This document shows positions 1 through 13,333 of a DNA stretch of 64,000 nucleotides, piece after piece. The position numbers and the translations under genes are program-made. Numbering within the stretch: position 1 is the first letter of the stretch; each line of letters starts with the position of its first letter. Under the pieces are notes generated by a model. That model saw nothing but the letters and a program-made list of their open reading frames with translations, ran no database searches and was not told the DNA's origin. Source of the DNA: Bugula neritina (taxonomy: Eukaryota > Animalia > Bryozoa); the NCBI GenBank assembly GCA_964035545.1, contig OZ037770.1, positions 1,922,001 through 1,986,000 on the forward strand. The letters are read 5' to 3'.

Positions 1-120
1 GTGTATTTATTGGTGCTTAACTAGTTTTGGCCAAAAAACCATGCTCATTACCAGCTAAATTGTGAAAAATAGCTAAAAACTGAAGATTTCGAGTGTGTAC
101 TAAATTAAGTAAAATGACCC
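1..120. mobile_element. Right end of a Sola2-like palindromic MITE (truncated by window edge), nested in the CACAGG-family copy
   Basis: Ends ...GTGTGTACTAAATTAAGTAAAATGACCC, the same terminus as the full copy at 34930-35352; followed by ACAT. Confidence 0.7.
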
Positions 121-422
121 ACATACGACTGCTAATAATTAGCCATCATCACTCACTTCCTGCTCACCAAGGTCTAGGACCTACACTAGATCAGAATAGA
201 TCTCATGGTTTCTGACTAGTAAATGTCAAGTCTAACGTCTTGAAATAGTAACGCAGCCCTAATGAAGCTTGCTGCTTATTGGTTGTAGTTTAATCTTAGG
301 CTAAACAATTACAAGTAGACAACACGCATGCAACCCGCAGAGCAATATTATGCAAGAACCTGAACTACATTTTGAGAGAAATGTATGATATTCTTAGTGA
401 GGATGCCCTTAACTATCCTGTG
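121..422. mobile_element. Right part of a CACAGG-terminal (CMC/EnSpm-like) non-autonomous DNA transposon, inserted in Gypsy RT
   Basis: ~248-422 matches the right end of the copies at 6713, 15101 and 16277 and ends TGCCCTTAACTATCCTGTG; the flank resumes RT (SSDAQDKAAFIT). Confidence 0.85.
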
Positions 423-2035
423 TAGTTCTGATGCTCAGGACAAAGCAGCATTCATCACCCATGAAAAGCTCTGGAATTGGAAAGTACTGCCATTAAGGCT
501 TACATATGCCCCGGCAACCTTCCAACGACTCATGGATAAGGTCCTCAGTCAATAACACTAAAACACCATATTAATCTATCTGGATGACGTCACTGTTATC
601 TCCCCAGACTTTGCAATTTATGTCAGTCGTCTGCGGCAGATCTTTGACCGCCTCCAGGCAACTGGACTAAAGTTGAAACCCTCCAAGTGTGCACTCCTGC
701 TGCCAGAAGTCGCGTACCTAGGCCTTGTAGTTGGCGGTGACAGGGGTTGCTACTAACCCGGAGAAGGTGCAAGCTGTGAAGGAGTAGACTGTTCTTTGCA
801 ACCTCCCTGAGTTGTGGGCATTTCTGTGCCTGGTAGGCCTAGTCTGGTATCAGCAGTACATACCTTGGTTTGCAGAGGTGGCTCGGCCTTTGAATCGGCT
901 AACTGGCAAGATGGTCTGGTGGTAGTGAACACATGAGGAGCAGCAGGCATTCGACCACCTCAAGCAACGGCTAATAGAGACGCCAATTCTGGCATATCCT
1001 GATCAAGCCAAAGAGGACATCCTGGAGAAGGACGCCAGCGACCACAGCGTGGGAGTTGTACTGTCTCAAGTCCGGAGTGGAAGTGAGGTAGTTGTAGCCT
1101 ACCACAGCAAGCTTCTCTCGACTGCCGAGAAAAACTACTGCATTACTAGAAAGAAGCGCCTAGCAATAGTCAAGCACTTTCGACCATATCTGTATGGAAG
1201 AGCGTTTAGGTTACGGACAGACAAAACATCACTGATTAGCTGTGTAAATGTGCAGAGTTTTTGAGCCATCTGGCTCATTAGCTGGAGATTCTAGCTGAGT
1301 TCTCCTACCGGAAAGCAGGGGAAGTCTGATTACCCATGTCGTCGGCCAGTGGAGGACTGCAAGCAATGCCTGCAGATTGAGAAGCGAGACAGGGGGCCCG
1401 TTCGCCTTAGAAAACCTGAGAAAACCACTGGCCAACGCTGGCTGTATGCTGATCGACCTTGGCAGGTAGTGGCGGTGGACCTCCTCGGGCCTATGCTGTT
1501 TTCCACCAGAGGGAACATCTGGATACTGGTGCTCACAGACCATTTCACTCGGTGTGCAGACACCCTGGTTATTCCAAATGTGTCGGCCCCACGGTGGCCC
1601 AGGCCCTGGATCAGTATGTATTCTGCTACTTCGAACTATCGGAGCAGATATATATATAAACCAGGGTGCCCACTTCCAGTCCCAGCTCATGAGAGACCTC
1701 AGCCCGACATCGGGGTGAATCAGAGTTGGACCAAGTCCCCAGTACATGATTACGTAGGGAAGCTGGTGGAGATCATGGGCAGGGCCCATGATGCATTGCG
1801 GGAGAAGCAATGGCAGATCCGAACAGAGGACTCTGAAAAGCCACTCTATACCAAGAAGGGGCTGGGTCTAGATGGTAAACTATACTAGGCAACGCGGCCA
1901 GTCAGCTAAGTTTTAGCCCAAGTTTGTGAGTCCCTACTGTGTGGTGGAGGTGATGCGTAACCGCACGTATCATGAGGAACACTCTGGGCAAGTTACAGTC
2001 CAGGGCGAGCAGCGCTTGAAATCATACCATGCCAG
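423..2035 (+). pseudogene. pol: Decayed Gypsy/Ty3 pol fragment (RT, RNase H, integrase)
   Basis: DKAAFIT..WKVLPLR..PATFQR, IYLDDV, LKPSKC, DASDHSVGVVLSQ, KHFRPYLYGRAFRLRTD, RPWQVVAVDLLGP..LTDHFTR; many stops and frameshifts. Confidence 0.92.
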
Positions 2036-2761
2036 GTAATTGGTAAATATTGGAGTTGTTCGAGACTGCCCTACCCTCTCTCCAAGATTACCGAATAGAT
2101 CAGGGCGTGAGATCAGTCATTCTTTGTGGTTCATCACTGCCTCCAGTTTCTCACAGGGCACCTTCTAGGCAAAGGTCGAATTTCAGCATCGGTAAGATTG
2201 GCCAGTCACTAACCCCGCCACTAACCACAGAAACATATCAATAGACAATGTAACAGTTCTAAATCATTCATTTAAAGGAATCCACCATTGAAAAGTAGCC
2301 GAAGCTCTCTGCATTGGACAATTAAAACCGCAACTTAATAAACAAGATTACTCCATACCACTAAAACTATATCAATAGCTCCACACTACTCAACTCTCAC
2401 ATAGTTTCACTAGTCCATGTTGTTTTTATATTTGGATAATTATTTTTTTGTCAACTCTAATTTATTTGTTATGCAAAGAAATCAGTACAATTTTTGACTT
2501 GCGTAATATATAAAATAAGATTATCTCCCTCATTTCCAATAATTTACAATAACTGCCAGTCTCTATTCTTTCTGCCATGCATAGTGTTTGACGTATTGTC
2601 ATAATTTTTGAATTTCGATCATTCATTGCTACTCTGAAGATGGGTACAATGGTGCCCGAAGTATCAGTATAATTACTTTGCTTAATAAAGTAATAAATCA
2701 ACAATGTTTCTCGTATACTCATTTATAATTAAATTACTAGCTTGTATAAAGATATATTTAA

Positions 2762-2955
<194 letters not shown>

Positions 2956-3959
2956 TTCTAGACTATTTATTATTTAAAATTTGATGTATGCATTACAATA
3001 TATTGATTATGTAGCCCTACTAGACTGATAATATATCTTCACCTGTTTTTTTCGTTCCCCAGGCATTTCTTCGAACTCCTCTCTTCCCAATACCTGAAAC
3101 AGTTAATGGAAGGAACGCTGTTTTTTCTAATTATTGTGTTTTAGAAGTGATTTTCAATTATTTTTTTATAGATCACACAAACCTCTTCTTCATTAATTAT
3201 TTGTTGATGATGTGGATCATGAACTGTTTGGTGAGCAATACTATAATTTGTTCTATAACTTCCATCATCAAAAACCTCAACCTACAATCAGTCAGTTATA
3301 ATTAATTTATATGTTTTTCACCTAAGTTTTGTGTTAAACATATTTATTTTACTGCATGAGCGAGAAATATTATGCAATACATAGCAACATCTTATTTTAT
3401 AGGAGTGATGTATAATTGTTTTATAGTATATTTACATAATACAGATGTTTTAGGGCAAAGTTTTCATATTGAATTGTGCAAATAAATTGTGTTATTTTTT
3501 GCAATTTTAACTATATCATACATCAAAGCTGAATTTTATCAAACACTTTTTATACTGTAATTTTGTTTAAATGCCACTAGTATTCACCAACTTACTTTGT
3601 TATAGGCTCTTATGACATAATTTTTTAAATGTTATAGTTTGAATATAGCTTTCATCATCCTAGTATGGAGTGCCAAATGGTCAAAATATTGCTTACTATT
3701 GCACGGCAATGCTTATAATAAAGTATCTAGCCAATATTCTTTCTTATACGCTCACATAATGCCTTCATATAGGTTTATAATTTCCTCTCATATATCCTTG
3801 TTATTTGTGCACTACAGCTGTATTAAAAATCCACATTAAAAAGTCAGAACGCGTGTACCAGCAAATCAAACTCATTCACCCTCCACCTAAACCTGAAGTT
3901 GTTTGATCAATTAAAAAATCATCTGTCCTTGCCTCAGACTTTACTTATCTATAGAAAGC

Positions 3960-4540
3960 ACTGTTTCATGTACGGCCAAACTAGATAAAGAGCTATGAAG
4001 CAGACTAGGCAAAGCAAGTGTGGCTTACGGAAAGTTGCCGCCAAGACTCTGGGACATGTATCTATCAGGGTAAAGTGTAAAGTCTACAGAACGGTGGTGC
4101 TCTCAAGTTTGCTATATGCATGGAGCAGAAACATGGACAATATACAGGACACAGGTGGAGAAGCTAAGTGCTTTCATGATAAGGCAATTGAGAGACACGT
4201 TGGCTGTAAAGTGGTATGACAGAATTGCAAATGAAGAAATATTAGGATGTGCCAATTTGCCAAGCATGACTGACATCCTTATAGAAAAGAGCCTGAAATG
4301 GCTAGGCCATGTGCACAGGATGGAGCATAGCCAGCTCCCAAGACAATTGCTCTATTCTCAGCTGAAAGACAGCAAACGAAATACAGGGCGACCTAGACTC
4401 AGACTTAAAGATGTTGCTAAGAGGAATATGAAATAGAGAGCAATAAACTTGAGTTCCTGGAAACAGCGTTGCATGGAGAGCTGCAACCAAATCTAAGCCG
4501 AGTCCATAAAACAGTCATAGTCATATCAACTGACTGCAAG
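3960..4540 (+). mobile_element. 5'-truncated RTE-clade LINE fragment (post-RT C-terminal region)
   Basis: KVYRTVVLSSLLY/GAETWT...KWLGHVHRM..LPRQLLYSQL...GRPRLR.KD, typical of RTE/BovB ORF ends; frameshifted. Confidence 0.85.
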
Positions 4541-4547
4541 AGAAAGA

Positions 4548-4706
4548 GATAGATAGATAGATGGATGGATGGATGGATGGATGGATGGATGGATGGATGG
4601 ATGGATGGATGGATGGATGGATGGATGGATGGATGGATGGATGGATGGATGGATGGATGGATGGATGGATAGATAGATAGATAGAGAGCGAGAGAGAGAG
4701 AGAGAG
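4548..4706. repeat. (GATA)n(GATG)n(GA)n compound microsatellite at the RTE 3' end
   Basis: Seen directly. Confidence 0.97.
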
Positions 4707-5916
4707 CTGAATTAAAAAGCAAATATTTAGCTTTTCAGCTCTTTATTTAATAAAAGTTTTCACCTACAATTATTTGTAAACTTTTAACCTGCATTATCCG
4801 GACCACTTATAAAAACTTGTTATAAGCATCCTAGCCTTAAGTTGCGTTTATACCTCTGCTGAAAAAAGTACCAGGTTTAAGTTAATAATGCTTGCCCGGG
4901 TACCCCTTTATAGTCAAACTGAAACTCGTTGAAATCATATTGATGCGGATTCTCACTTTCTAAAATTGAAATTTGACTCACATAATTGCTATTTAATGCC
5001 TTTTGTAAACGTCGTGAATCAATGAAGTGGACAGCATAAAATCGATAGTTGAGTGGGCGGCCAAATTGAATTTCTGACTGAAAACGGTGAAGGTATAAAG
5101 GCAACTTCACTTTTGGCCTCTTTGAATAGTCTTTGTTTTTAGTGGTCACAAACTTAACATAATAACCATAAATACTGTGTCAGCAAGAGACCAAAGGTCA
5201 GTACAAAATTAGCTTTTTAACTTTAGATTTTGTTGTATAAAACCCTGTAATCTATATTAAAATTTACAAAATTTTACAAAATTTTTGTATTCTATACACT
5301 AATAATATTTTTCACCACCTACATTTATTGTCTTTGTTTGTATTTTGTTTCTGTATTAATATAATTTGTCAAACTTACTTTATCTAAGTTTCACAGTCTA
5401 TTAAATCTGCAATAAAGAACAATAAACAAGCTCTATGCAGTACACTGACTTAGCACAATTAAATCCAGTACAGTGAAACCTCGACCAGAGTGAAATATTC
5501 TATAATTGCGATGAAATATATTAATGAATACCAGGCAGAAGCAGTTGCCACTAATGTTGTCTGCTCCCATGAGTGCAATTCATGGGAGACTCTGCAAGCT
5601 GGCAAGAGAAGTCAGTTGTGACCCTTGCTGTTGCTTCACGAGCTGAGTGTAGTTGATAAAGACCTTCTACATCTCACTTTCAAATAGTAATAATTTGACA
5701 TTCTTTTCACAGCAGTGCTAGCAATGTGACAATTAAGATGGAATTTGACAACTAGCCACTTTGAACCACTCTAAAATAAGTTTAATTATTTAGGCGTAGT
5801 TGAAAGCTACATAGCATTTCTTGTTGATTGCCTTTCTCTTTCAATATGAAAAAGCATGTGAAACTATTAGCACCAATGTGATTAACAAAATATGTTGTGT
5901 AGAATACTTGTACGTG

Positions 5917-6265
5917 TGTTGTAATTTGCACAATTACTATGCGTGGATTTTGCTTGCGTATTCAGTACTCGTTTCTAACTAGTAACTACTAGGGTAGTAG
6001 CCGTATAATAGTCTTTATTATCCACAATAAACACGATACAAACATTACACTAATTCACAATGTAACAATAGCCATCTGATAATACGTGTGTACACTTAGA
6101 GTCCTTGCTCACAACAACGTGATAACTGCTAGCTAACGCAGGAACTGTCACTTGATCGGAAGCTCATCTTCTGGTCCTTCGCATAGAATACTATTATTTG
6201 ACTTTTAGTATTCCCCAAACGGAGAGGAGATGATTCCACATTATTATACTACGTAACCCATTACA
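5917..6265. mobile_element. Solo LTR (same family as 12452-12795, opposite orientation)
   Basis: TGTTG...TTACA termini; reverse-complement similarity along its length to 12452-12795; flanks CGTG/CCTG (near-TSD). Confidence 0.7.
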
Positions 6266-6712
6266 CCTGTTACATCCTTCCATTTGAAGGGAGAAAGCGT
6301 ACAGGGTTATGGCTATGTTGTGGTTGGAGTTATGGCATCATAACTTTTAGTATGGATGTAGCTTAGCAATAACTATGAACTGCATGAATGCACATGTGAA
6401 CAGCTGGGGACTTGTGATTCTAGAGTGAATCTGGTAAAGTGGGATTTTCTTACACTGATTTTGTGCAACACCCCTCAATACACCCACATAATGATTGCAT
6501 TTGGAACTGTTTGCATATCAAATAAAGCCACAACCATAGGCTTGTGCAAACCACACAGTGCTATTAAAGTGGAAACACAGTGACTAAGTGCATGACGTAG
6601 AATATAACGTTAAATAGACCATGTAAAACTCAGCCAATCAGCGAAGTGTACCAGGTCAATATTCTACCATTGTAACTGATATAAAATTCTGCAAGTTCAA
6701 TTGCAAAATGCA

Positions 6713-7468
6713 CACAGGATAGTTAAGGGCAACCTTTTAGCTGCAACTGCCTTGCTGAGGTTTGCATTGTAATCATATAAGAATTCAGTACCAGTAAAAT
6801 AAAATCTCACCTAATTGTGCTAGAGTCAAAATTTAAAAACTATGTTGTAGATCTTCTTTTTCTCCAGTGTAAGTTTTTTGGAAATTTCAATTTTCATTTT
6901 TTTTGCGAAGTTATAGACAAAAAACTGCCCAATTTTGGCCAATTTTGCCTGAAAAGCTGACTTTTCAGTACCAGTAAAATATCTCAGCAGCAAAGCATGA
7001 TATCTGAATAAAAATTGCACTGCTGGAATCCTGAGATATTTCTCCAGTGTAAGTTTTTTTCTTTTTTTAATAACTCTGCTAGATTGCTCATAAATTGGTG
7101 ATTTATACACTGAAAATGCCATATTTTCTCATAAGAAACTAGCAACGCGCAGCGCTTCACGCTTCACTGAGCACGTAGGGATGAGAAGATATTGGCGCCT
7201 ACATAATAATTACAGGCTAGCTAGCTGGCAGGCTATAATGAATAGCTTGCTTTGTACTTTGTTTATGTAGCACCGATAATGGAATGTTGATAGATAACGC
7301 AGCCCTAACGAAGGTTGCTGCTTATTGGTTGTAGTTTAATCTTAGGCTAAACAATTACAAGTAGGCAACACGCATGCCACCTACAGAGCAATATTATTCA
7401 AGAACCCGAACTACATTTTGAGAGAAATTTATGATATTCTTAGTGAGGATGCCCTTAACTATCCTGTG
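6713..7468. mobile_element. CACAGG-terminal MITE (CMC/EnSpm-like), 2-bp TSD CA
   Basis: TIR CACAGGATAGTTAAGGGCA / TGCCCTTAACTATCCTGTG; the empty site is visible in the opposite ISL2EU TIR (~11041-11060), confirming a 2-bp CA duplication; internal direct repeats TTCTCCAGTGTAAGTTTT. Confidence 0.92.
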
Positions 7469-8372
7469 CATGCTTCTAAAAGCTAGTTGTGCAACTTTTT
7501 TCCATGCATTATTTAATTTCATATCTTAAATTGATGACTCTGGAAATGATTTTTTAAAATGTCTAAATTAAGTGTTTATAAAATACAATTTAAAATTGCA
7601 TGTCTGAAAAAATGAACTGGTAGACCTTTGCAACTTAAGGCCAATAATTACATAACTGCCAGCTTAGTAGTTAAATTTGTTGTTGCAGCTTGAATGGGTT
7701 ATTGTTTAGCATTGAAAGCTTGTAGTAAACGGCTGTGAATTTCGTACATGACTTTGGTTGGCTGGTTTTTGAATGGCTCTTTAGTATACGCATGTGGATG
7801 GCTGGGTAATGTAGACTCCGCCTACATCTAGCTAATGTACAGTAGCCAATCCACAGTAGTATTACAAAAATTCTGTTTAACAAATGAAATATTCTGGTCA
7901 TTTGTTTTGTACTTTACAATAGTAAATATTCTATTCAACTAGAATTTTATTGTATGTAAGCCATGGGAACTACTAAGAGGTTAAATCAACCACCCATATA
8001 CTGGTAATATTCTAGCTCGCATTAATAGCAATACCACACCATATAAATATACACATGTATAAGCTATTATGTGCAGCTTATGAATGCTGAAATGACCCCA
8101 TTTCTTACCTTCAATTTTAAAAAAATTGTATTACATATTCTACCACTTTTGCACCAAGAATTTGCTTTCTCTTAAATTTTGAAAATAGTAGTCAGTTTCT
8201 GCAGTAATAAACGTAAGCTTTCAAATAAACTATAAATATATGAAATTTTAGTGTGGCAACAATGTAATTTATTTATTGTTATGATGACAAATTACAAGAA
8301 TATTATATAAAAGGTAGATATAGATTTCTAGTAAAATGGGGGGGGGGAAGTGACACATTTTTACTTCATATT

Positions 8373-8960
8373 CTAAATTTCATAAGTCACTAATGGTGGC
8401 TGTAGATTACAGAGAGCACAGCAGACTATCATAATTTTGTCTAATAGAGGTGCCAAAACCAAGTTCACATCTCCAGGACCATTTAAAATATTGAACTCTT
8501 TTATTCTTTTGATTGCTCTTTCGACATGGATTCGAAGGTCAACAATCAATTTTGTTTGCAATAACTGCATTTTAGTCATTTGCAAATGGCCTCTTTTCCC
8601 AGGTGGTATGGCCAACTTGGCTCCAGCGCCTATAAGTTTTTTTTCAATAAGAAAGCCTCTGTCTGCCAAGACCACATCACCTGAGTTTATAAAGTCTAAA
8701 AACCCAGAGTCATTAACTACACATTTGTCTGAGGCTCTACCTCCCATTCCATGCGAAATGAAGCAGATAGTGCCCCTGGGTGTAATTGCAACCAAATACT
8801 TGATGGTGTTGGTCTTTTTATACTCATGTTAAAGATTGAGCCAGCTTTGATTGAGGCTTGCAAATGAATATTTCTGTGCAGTCTATAATGCACCTAATGT
8901 TAGCATATTGGCTTTGAAAGCTCGGAGGAATGTTCAGCTTCTCTCTCGGTAGAAAAACTA
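8373..8960 (-). pseudogene. ISL2EU/Harbinger DDE_Tnp_4 transposase remnant
   Basis: RCIIDCTEIFI..P, a frameshift near 8825, then NTIKYLVAITPRG.I.FIS..GGRASD...ADRGF...RIHVERAI.RIK.F.IL. Confidence 0.9.
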
Positions 8961-9379
8961 TTAGAATGAAATTTAAATTATGATTCAAATTATATATGTA
9001 TGTGCTAAATAAATTGTGTGCTTAGTTGTATTCATTTAGCAGTTTTTACCCTCTGGTAAGTGGCTTCAGTTATATTTTGAAACAACTATGAAGTTCAAGA
9101 ACTGCTAGTTGAAGGCTTAACCCAATATATCACCATTCAAACAGAATGTAATGTGTGTCAACATGTGTTACATAATACTGTAACAGTACATAATAAGCTA
9201 GTTGTATGAATACATGCTTTGAATAAAGTCTTGGGTTTAAGCAAATACTGTGGACAAACAATTATTACTTCATTTTATAATTATACTATAACCATAACCA
9301 TTATTATTTCTAGAATAGCATTTAATGAAGTTTGTGAATAAGTGAAACTAGTAACAAGTGTAAACCATTTTAGTTTTAA

Positions 9380-10145
9380 AGGATTGCTCTATCTTGTCTA
9401 ATAAATGGCCATTTAGGTCAAACACACATAATATTGTGTTTTTCTAAGCATGCATTGACAAAAAGCATTTGACCAAAGGTAGAAAAAGTTAGTTGAAGTT
9501 GAGGGTGTAGATTGGTAACAGCCAAAACGCTGATTTTGAAATGAGCTGGGAACTGTGACGTAACAGCGCCAGCATTCCTGCTGGTCACGTGACTATACAA
9601 ATGAATAACTATAGAAATATGACTGTGAGGTGTGATCTTTCAGCTCGTAATTTGTATATTTATAGAAGTGCAAATGTGAATTATCTCAATCTATAGTTTT
9701 TTGACATGTTAAATAACATGTATGTGATAACATTAGGCGATATTTTGCTTGTAAGCATAGAAAAAAGCATTGCAAAAACATGCATTCTTTAGGATGAATG
9801 CCTGCGATCGATCTAAACTAGGTCAGATTGTGCAATATTACGGGTGCACCAAAGCTGACCTATATAGCGCACTGTAACTGCTTGAGCTATTGGTTGATGT
9901 TGCGCTCAGCAACCTTGAATACTAGCGTCATAGTTAGCACGTGCAGCATAGTTACTGGCGTTCACACGTCACGTATTAGGCTATTCTTTTTCATGGCTGA
10001 AAATTTTACCTCCCTCAAAATTGGAATTTTGAAAAGCTGTTTTCTAGGCATCTATCCCTTTGCAAAGTCACAATTGTTTGCATACACATTAGATTATAGT
10101 TCATAATTATAATGTGATTGTAATAAACTAAGATAGAGCAATCCT
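9380..10145. mobile_element. Kolobok-type non-autonomous element nested in the ISL2EU element
   Basis: TIR AGGATTGCTCTATCTT / AAGATAGAGCAATCCT flanked by TTAA on both sides (9376-79, 10146-49); RR termini plus TTAA TSD fit Kolobok. Confidence 0.8.
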
Positions 10146-11479
10146 TTAAACACTGAGTTAGTTTCAGCCAATAATTAGACTAGGAGGCCACTTTTGATAA
10201 GCTTTGAAATAGCCAAGAGAAATTTAGGTCCAAACAATTTACTTTTTCTAGAGAAAGTGAGTCAATTTTTCCACAAATAGAATAAGAACCTTTACTATGG
10301 GCAAGTACAGGGGCAGCTTAAAATAACCAAAAAAGAATATTGTGGCTTTTTTGTATTTACTGTACAGGGAGGTGTTACTCAGCGCATAAAGCATGATGTG
10401 AAGTTTACAGAAATCATGTCCGTGAAGCTTTCTAATTTTTTTTTCATTATTTGAGTCCAGCTTTTTGGCAGCAGCATTGTAAAATGACGAGCCTTTAAGA
10501 AAGCGGCAATGTTTCTTAGAAATAAAAGCTAAACTTTTAGCAGTAGCACAAAAAGCAGCAGATACCAACTGATGAGAAAAAAACATAGCCTATCTAATAG
10601 CAAAACTTTTGTAACAATGGCAAATAATTTTCTTACTGTTTTTTTATGTAGCTTCTATTAGTCTGTTATGAATGCAGTTCCATTAATAGTTTACCTGGGT
10701 TTCAAATAAATTTAATACTTTTAGCTATAATAGTTTATACAATATCACGCCCAATAAGAGTCAGAATTATGATTGATTTCTAGTTAGATAGATTTGCAAT
10801 AATTAGGCCAGTCTAGATTCCAACTAATGCTATGCTTTCATACTATGACATACATAATAATGTCCATGCTTTGGATGAAAAGTATGTATGTCTATGCATA
10901 TGTATGGATGTAATGTTGTGGCTGCATAAACAATATATTATTTAGAACATTTTAGACATTTTAAAAAATCATTTCCAGAGTCATCAATTTAAGATATGAA
11001 ATTAAATAATGCATGGAAAAAAAATTGCACAACTAGCTTTTAGAAGCATGCATTTTGCAATTGAACTTGCAGAATTTTATATCAGTTACAATGGTAAAAT
11101 ATTGACCTGGTACACTTCGCTGATTGGCTGAGTTTTACATGGTCTATTGGAAGACCTGTTTTGTAATTGGTATGATTTAGCTGAGTTTAGCAAGCTTAGT
11201 AAAGTGTGCAATGTTGATGCCACAGTTTGCATTTGCTGTAAAAACATTGATGTTGAACTTTTGCAAAAACTGATGTTTCACTGGATTTTCTGGTTAAATT
11301 GTAGTGAATTTCAAAGTTCACTATAATTTGTGGATCTACTTATGCAAAGCCATTTCACCAGGTTGATCGCAATTAGATAGAGTTTAATTACTTAGAAATG
11401 ATACAACAATAAAAACTACTAAAACTACACACACATAATATAGAGCAATCTATACACAACTATTTGTTAGTAAGTCCTA

Positions 11480-12163
11480 CCCCTCATTCACACTTACCTT
11501 ATCGTACGCCGTAACAAAAAAAATAAAATGGCGACGCTGTTGCATTTTGTCAACGGGTGTTCACACATTGCCGTAAAAGTATAATGCATGACGTTGAGCT
11601 GTGACCAATCATAATAAAGCCAACTCTTGTCTGCGGTGGTTTGAACGCCTTTGAATATTATTTACAAATTATTCGCAACATTCTTATCAAAAGATGTTAT
11701 ATAAATGCTATTTACTAAATAAAAGCAATTACAGGAAAAGAATCTTTTTTTTAAATATATTCGTTTTTTAAAATAATTGCACAAACTAATTTAAATAATG
11801 AATATTTAAGCCGTCCAAATCATTTTTAAGTTTTTGGTTTGCTTGATTTTGTGATTAGGGAAAGCTAGATTTTTAAGCTGAGTTTAATTCAAACAAGCCG
11901 GATAAAATTTTTTTAATCTTTTAAAACTTTTGAATTGGTTAAATTAAATCAAAAATAAGCGATTAAAATAAACTAGCGAAGATGTTCTTTAAATTTTAGT
12001 ACCAGATCAACTCTACCCAATAGGAGCCCGCCGTGATTTTTTGAATCAAGCACTGCTTGATCAGCGCCGCAACGTACACCGGAGTACGATTTATCCCGGA
12101 TGTTAACAAAAATCGCTAAAATTTGCTGTTACGGCGTACGGTACGGTAAGTGTGAATAGGGGG
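11480..12163. mobile_element. PIF/Harbinger-like MITE inserted in the 3' LTR
   Basis: TIR CCCCTCATTCACACTTACC..CGTACGCCGTAAC / GTTACGGCGTACG..GGTAAGTGTGAATAGGGGG; CTA duplicated; absent from the 5' LTR. Confidence 0.8.
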
Positions 12164-12451
12164 CTAAGCTGCTCTGCCAGTGCAACTACCTCGCATGCTT
12201 GCACAACACATTGGCAGCTCTGCCTATCACTAATTAGCAGTCACAGTTGATTGGTTGTCACTGGTTGTGCCATCCTCACAACAATATGCTGTCGGCCTCA
12301 CGTAGCAGTCCGACATAGAGTCGACCATTTCAATATAATAACAGGTTAACAATTGCACTACTGAAATCCACTACACCCTCCATACCTATCGAAAGGTACA
12401 CTCTATTAATTAATACAGACATTTGAAAACTACTAATGAGAATAGAAATAT

Positions 12452-12795
12452 TGTAATGGGCTACGCAGTCTAATAATATGGAATTACTCTCTCTCTATGG
12501 GGAATACTAATAGACACTAAATGTTATGCAATAAGAAAAACCGGAAGGTGAGCTTCCTGTCCAGTGACTGTTCCCGGGTTTAATTAGCAATTATCACGTT
12601 GTGAGCGAGGACTCGTAGTGTAAACACGTATTAGTATGTGACTAATGTTAGTATTAAATTGATGTAATGTTTGTATTGTGTTTTATTGTGGATAATAAAA
12701 GTTATTACTCGACAGCTACTCTAGTAATTACTAGTTAACGTCAGCACTGAATACTTTAGATAAATCCATGCATAACTATTGTGCAATCCACAACA
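12452..12795. mobile_element. Solo LTR inserted in the Gypsy 3' region
   Basis: TGTAAT...CAACA termini, perfect 4-bp TSD ATAT, homologous to 5917-6265. Confidence 0.78.
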
Positions 12796-13333
12796 ATATA
12801 ACAGGACAGCATAAACAGAAAATATATATAAATGCGTATTCACTACTTAAATGACAATATGATATGGTACAAGTCCCCAATGAGGGAGTAATTACACGAA
12901 TCAGGTTGATTGTTGTTTCCCTTCAGGTTATACTGACTGTCCATGTATACCTTGTAAGAGAACTTGACTAGACACCCGTCCAGTCACAGCCAAGCACGCG
13001 TCTCGGCGATGCCGGCGGTCCAGAGGAACCACGCATTACAGAGGAAAAATTCCCGAAAGGGAAGAGGGGGGTCGTCACCATATCCTTCCTTATAATGTGG
13101 TGTCGAGCGCCAGTAGTCCATGTTAATTAGTTGATCGACTACCGAAGGGGGGTATGAGGATATTTAGCTCCAGCAGCCTATGCTGATAAGTAGGCCCAAA
13201 ACACCGACTAGAGAAAAAAGCGAAGGAGGGGGGTATAGAGTCCGTCCTCAGACTATTTCTTCTTTCTTCTATTATGATTAATATTATTATTGTTCATCAG
13301 CGTATCAAGATGTAGCTATCTTCACGCAGTATT

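Larger units (their letters stand above)
6616..11145 (-). mobile_element. ISL2EU/PIF-Harbinger-type DNA transposon, defective, with ~200-bp TIRs
   Basis: TIR AGACCATGTAAAACTCAGCC... (6616-~7568, interrupted by a MITE) is inverted at ~10950-11145; AT on both sides; contains a DDE_Tnp_4 transposase remnant. Confidence 0.85.

Noticed and set aside
4417-4722. IHPS-repeat ORF
   Set aside because: (GATG)n microsatellite
6826-7122. 98-aa ORF recurring at 15228 and 16390
   Set aside because: Lies inside near-identical MITE copies, so recurrence reflects copy identity; no domain recognised, and start and frame differ in one copy
4834-7642. GCCTTAAGTTGC / GCAACTTAAGGC as TIRs of one element
   Set aside because: Only ~12 bp, and it would partially overlap the well-supported ISL2EU boundaries
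13231-13257. YRVRPQT resembling H3 HRYRPGT upstream of the H3-like ORF
   Set aside because: Different frame with an intervening stop and possibly intronic; too short to count as evidence
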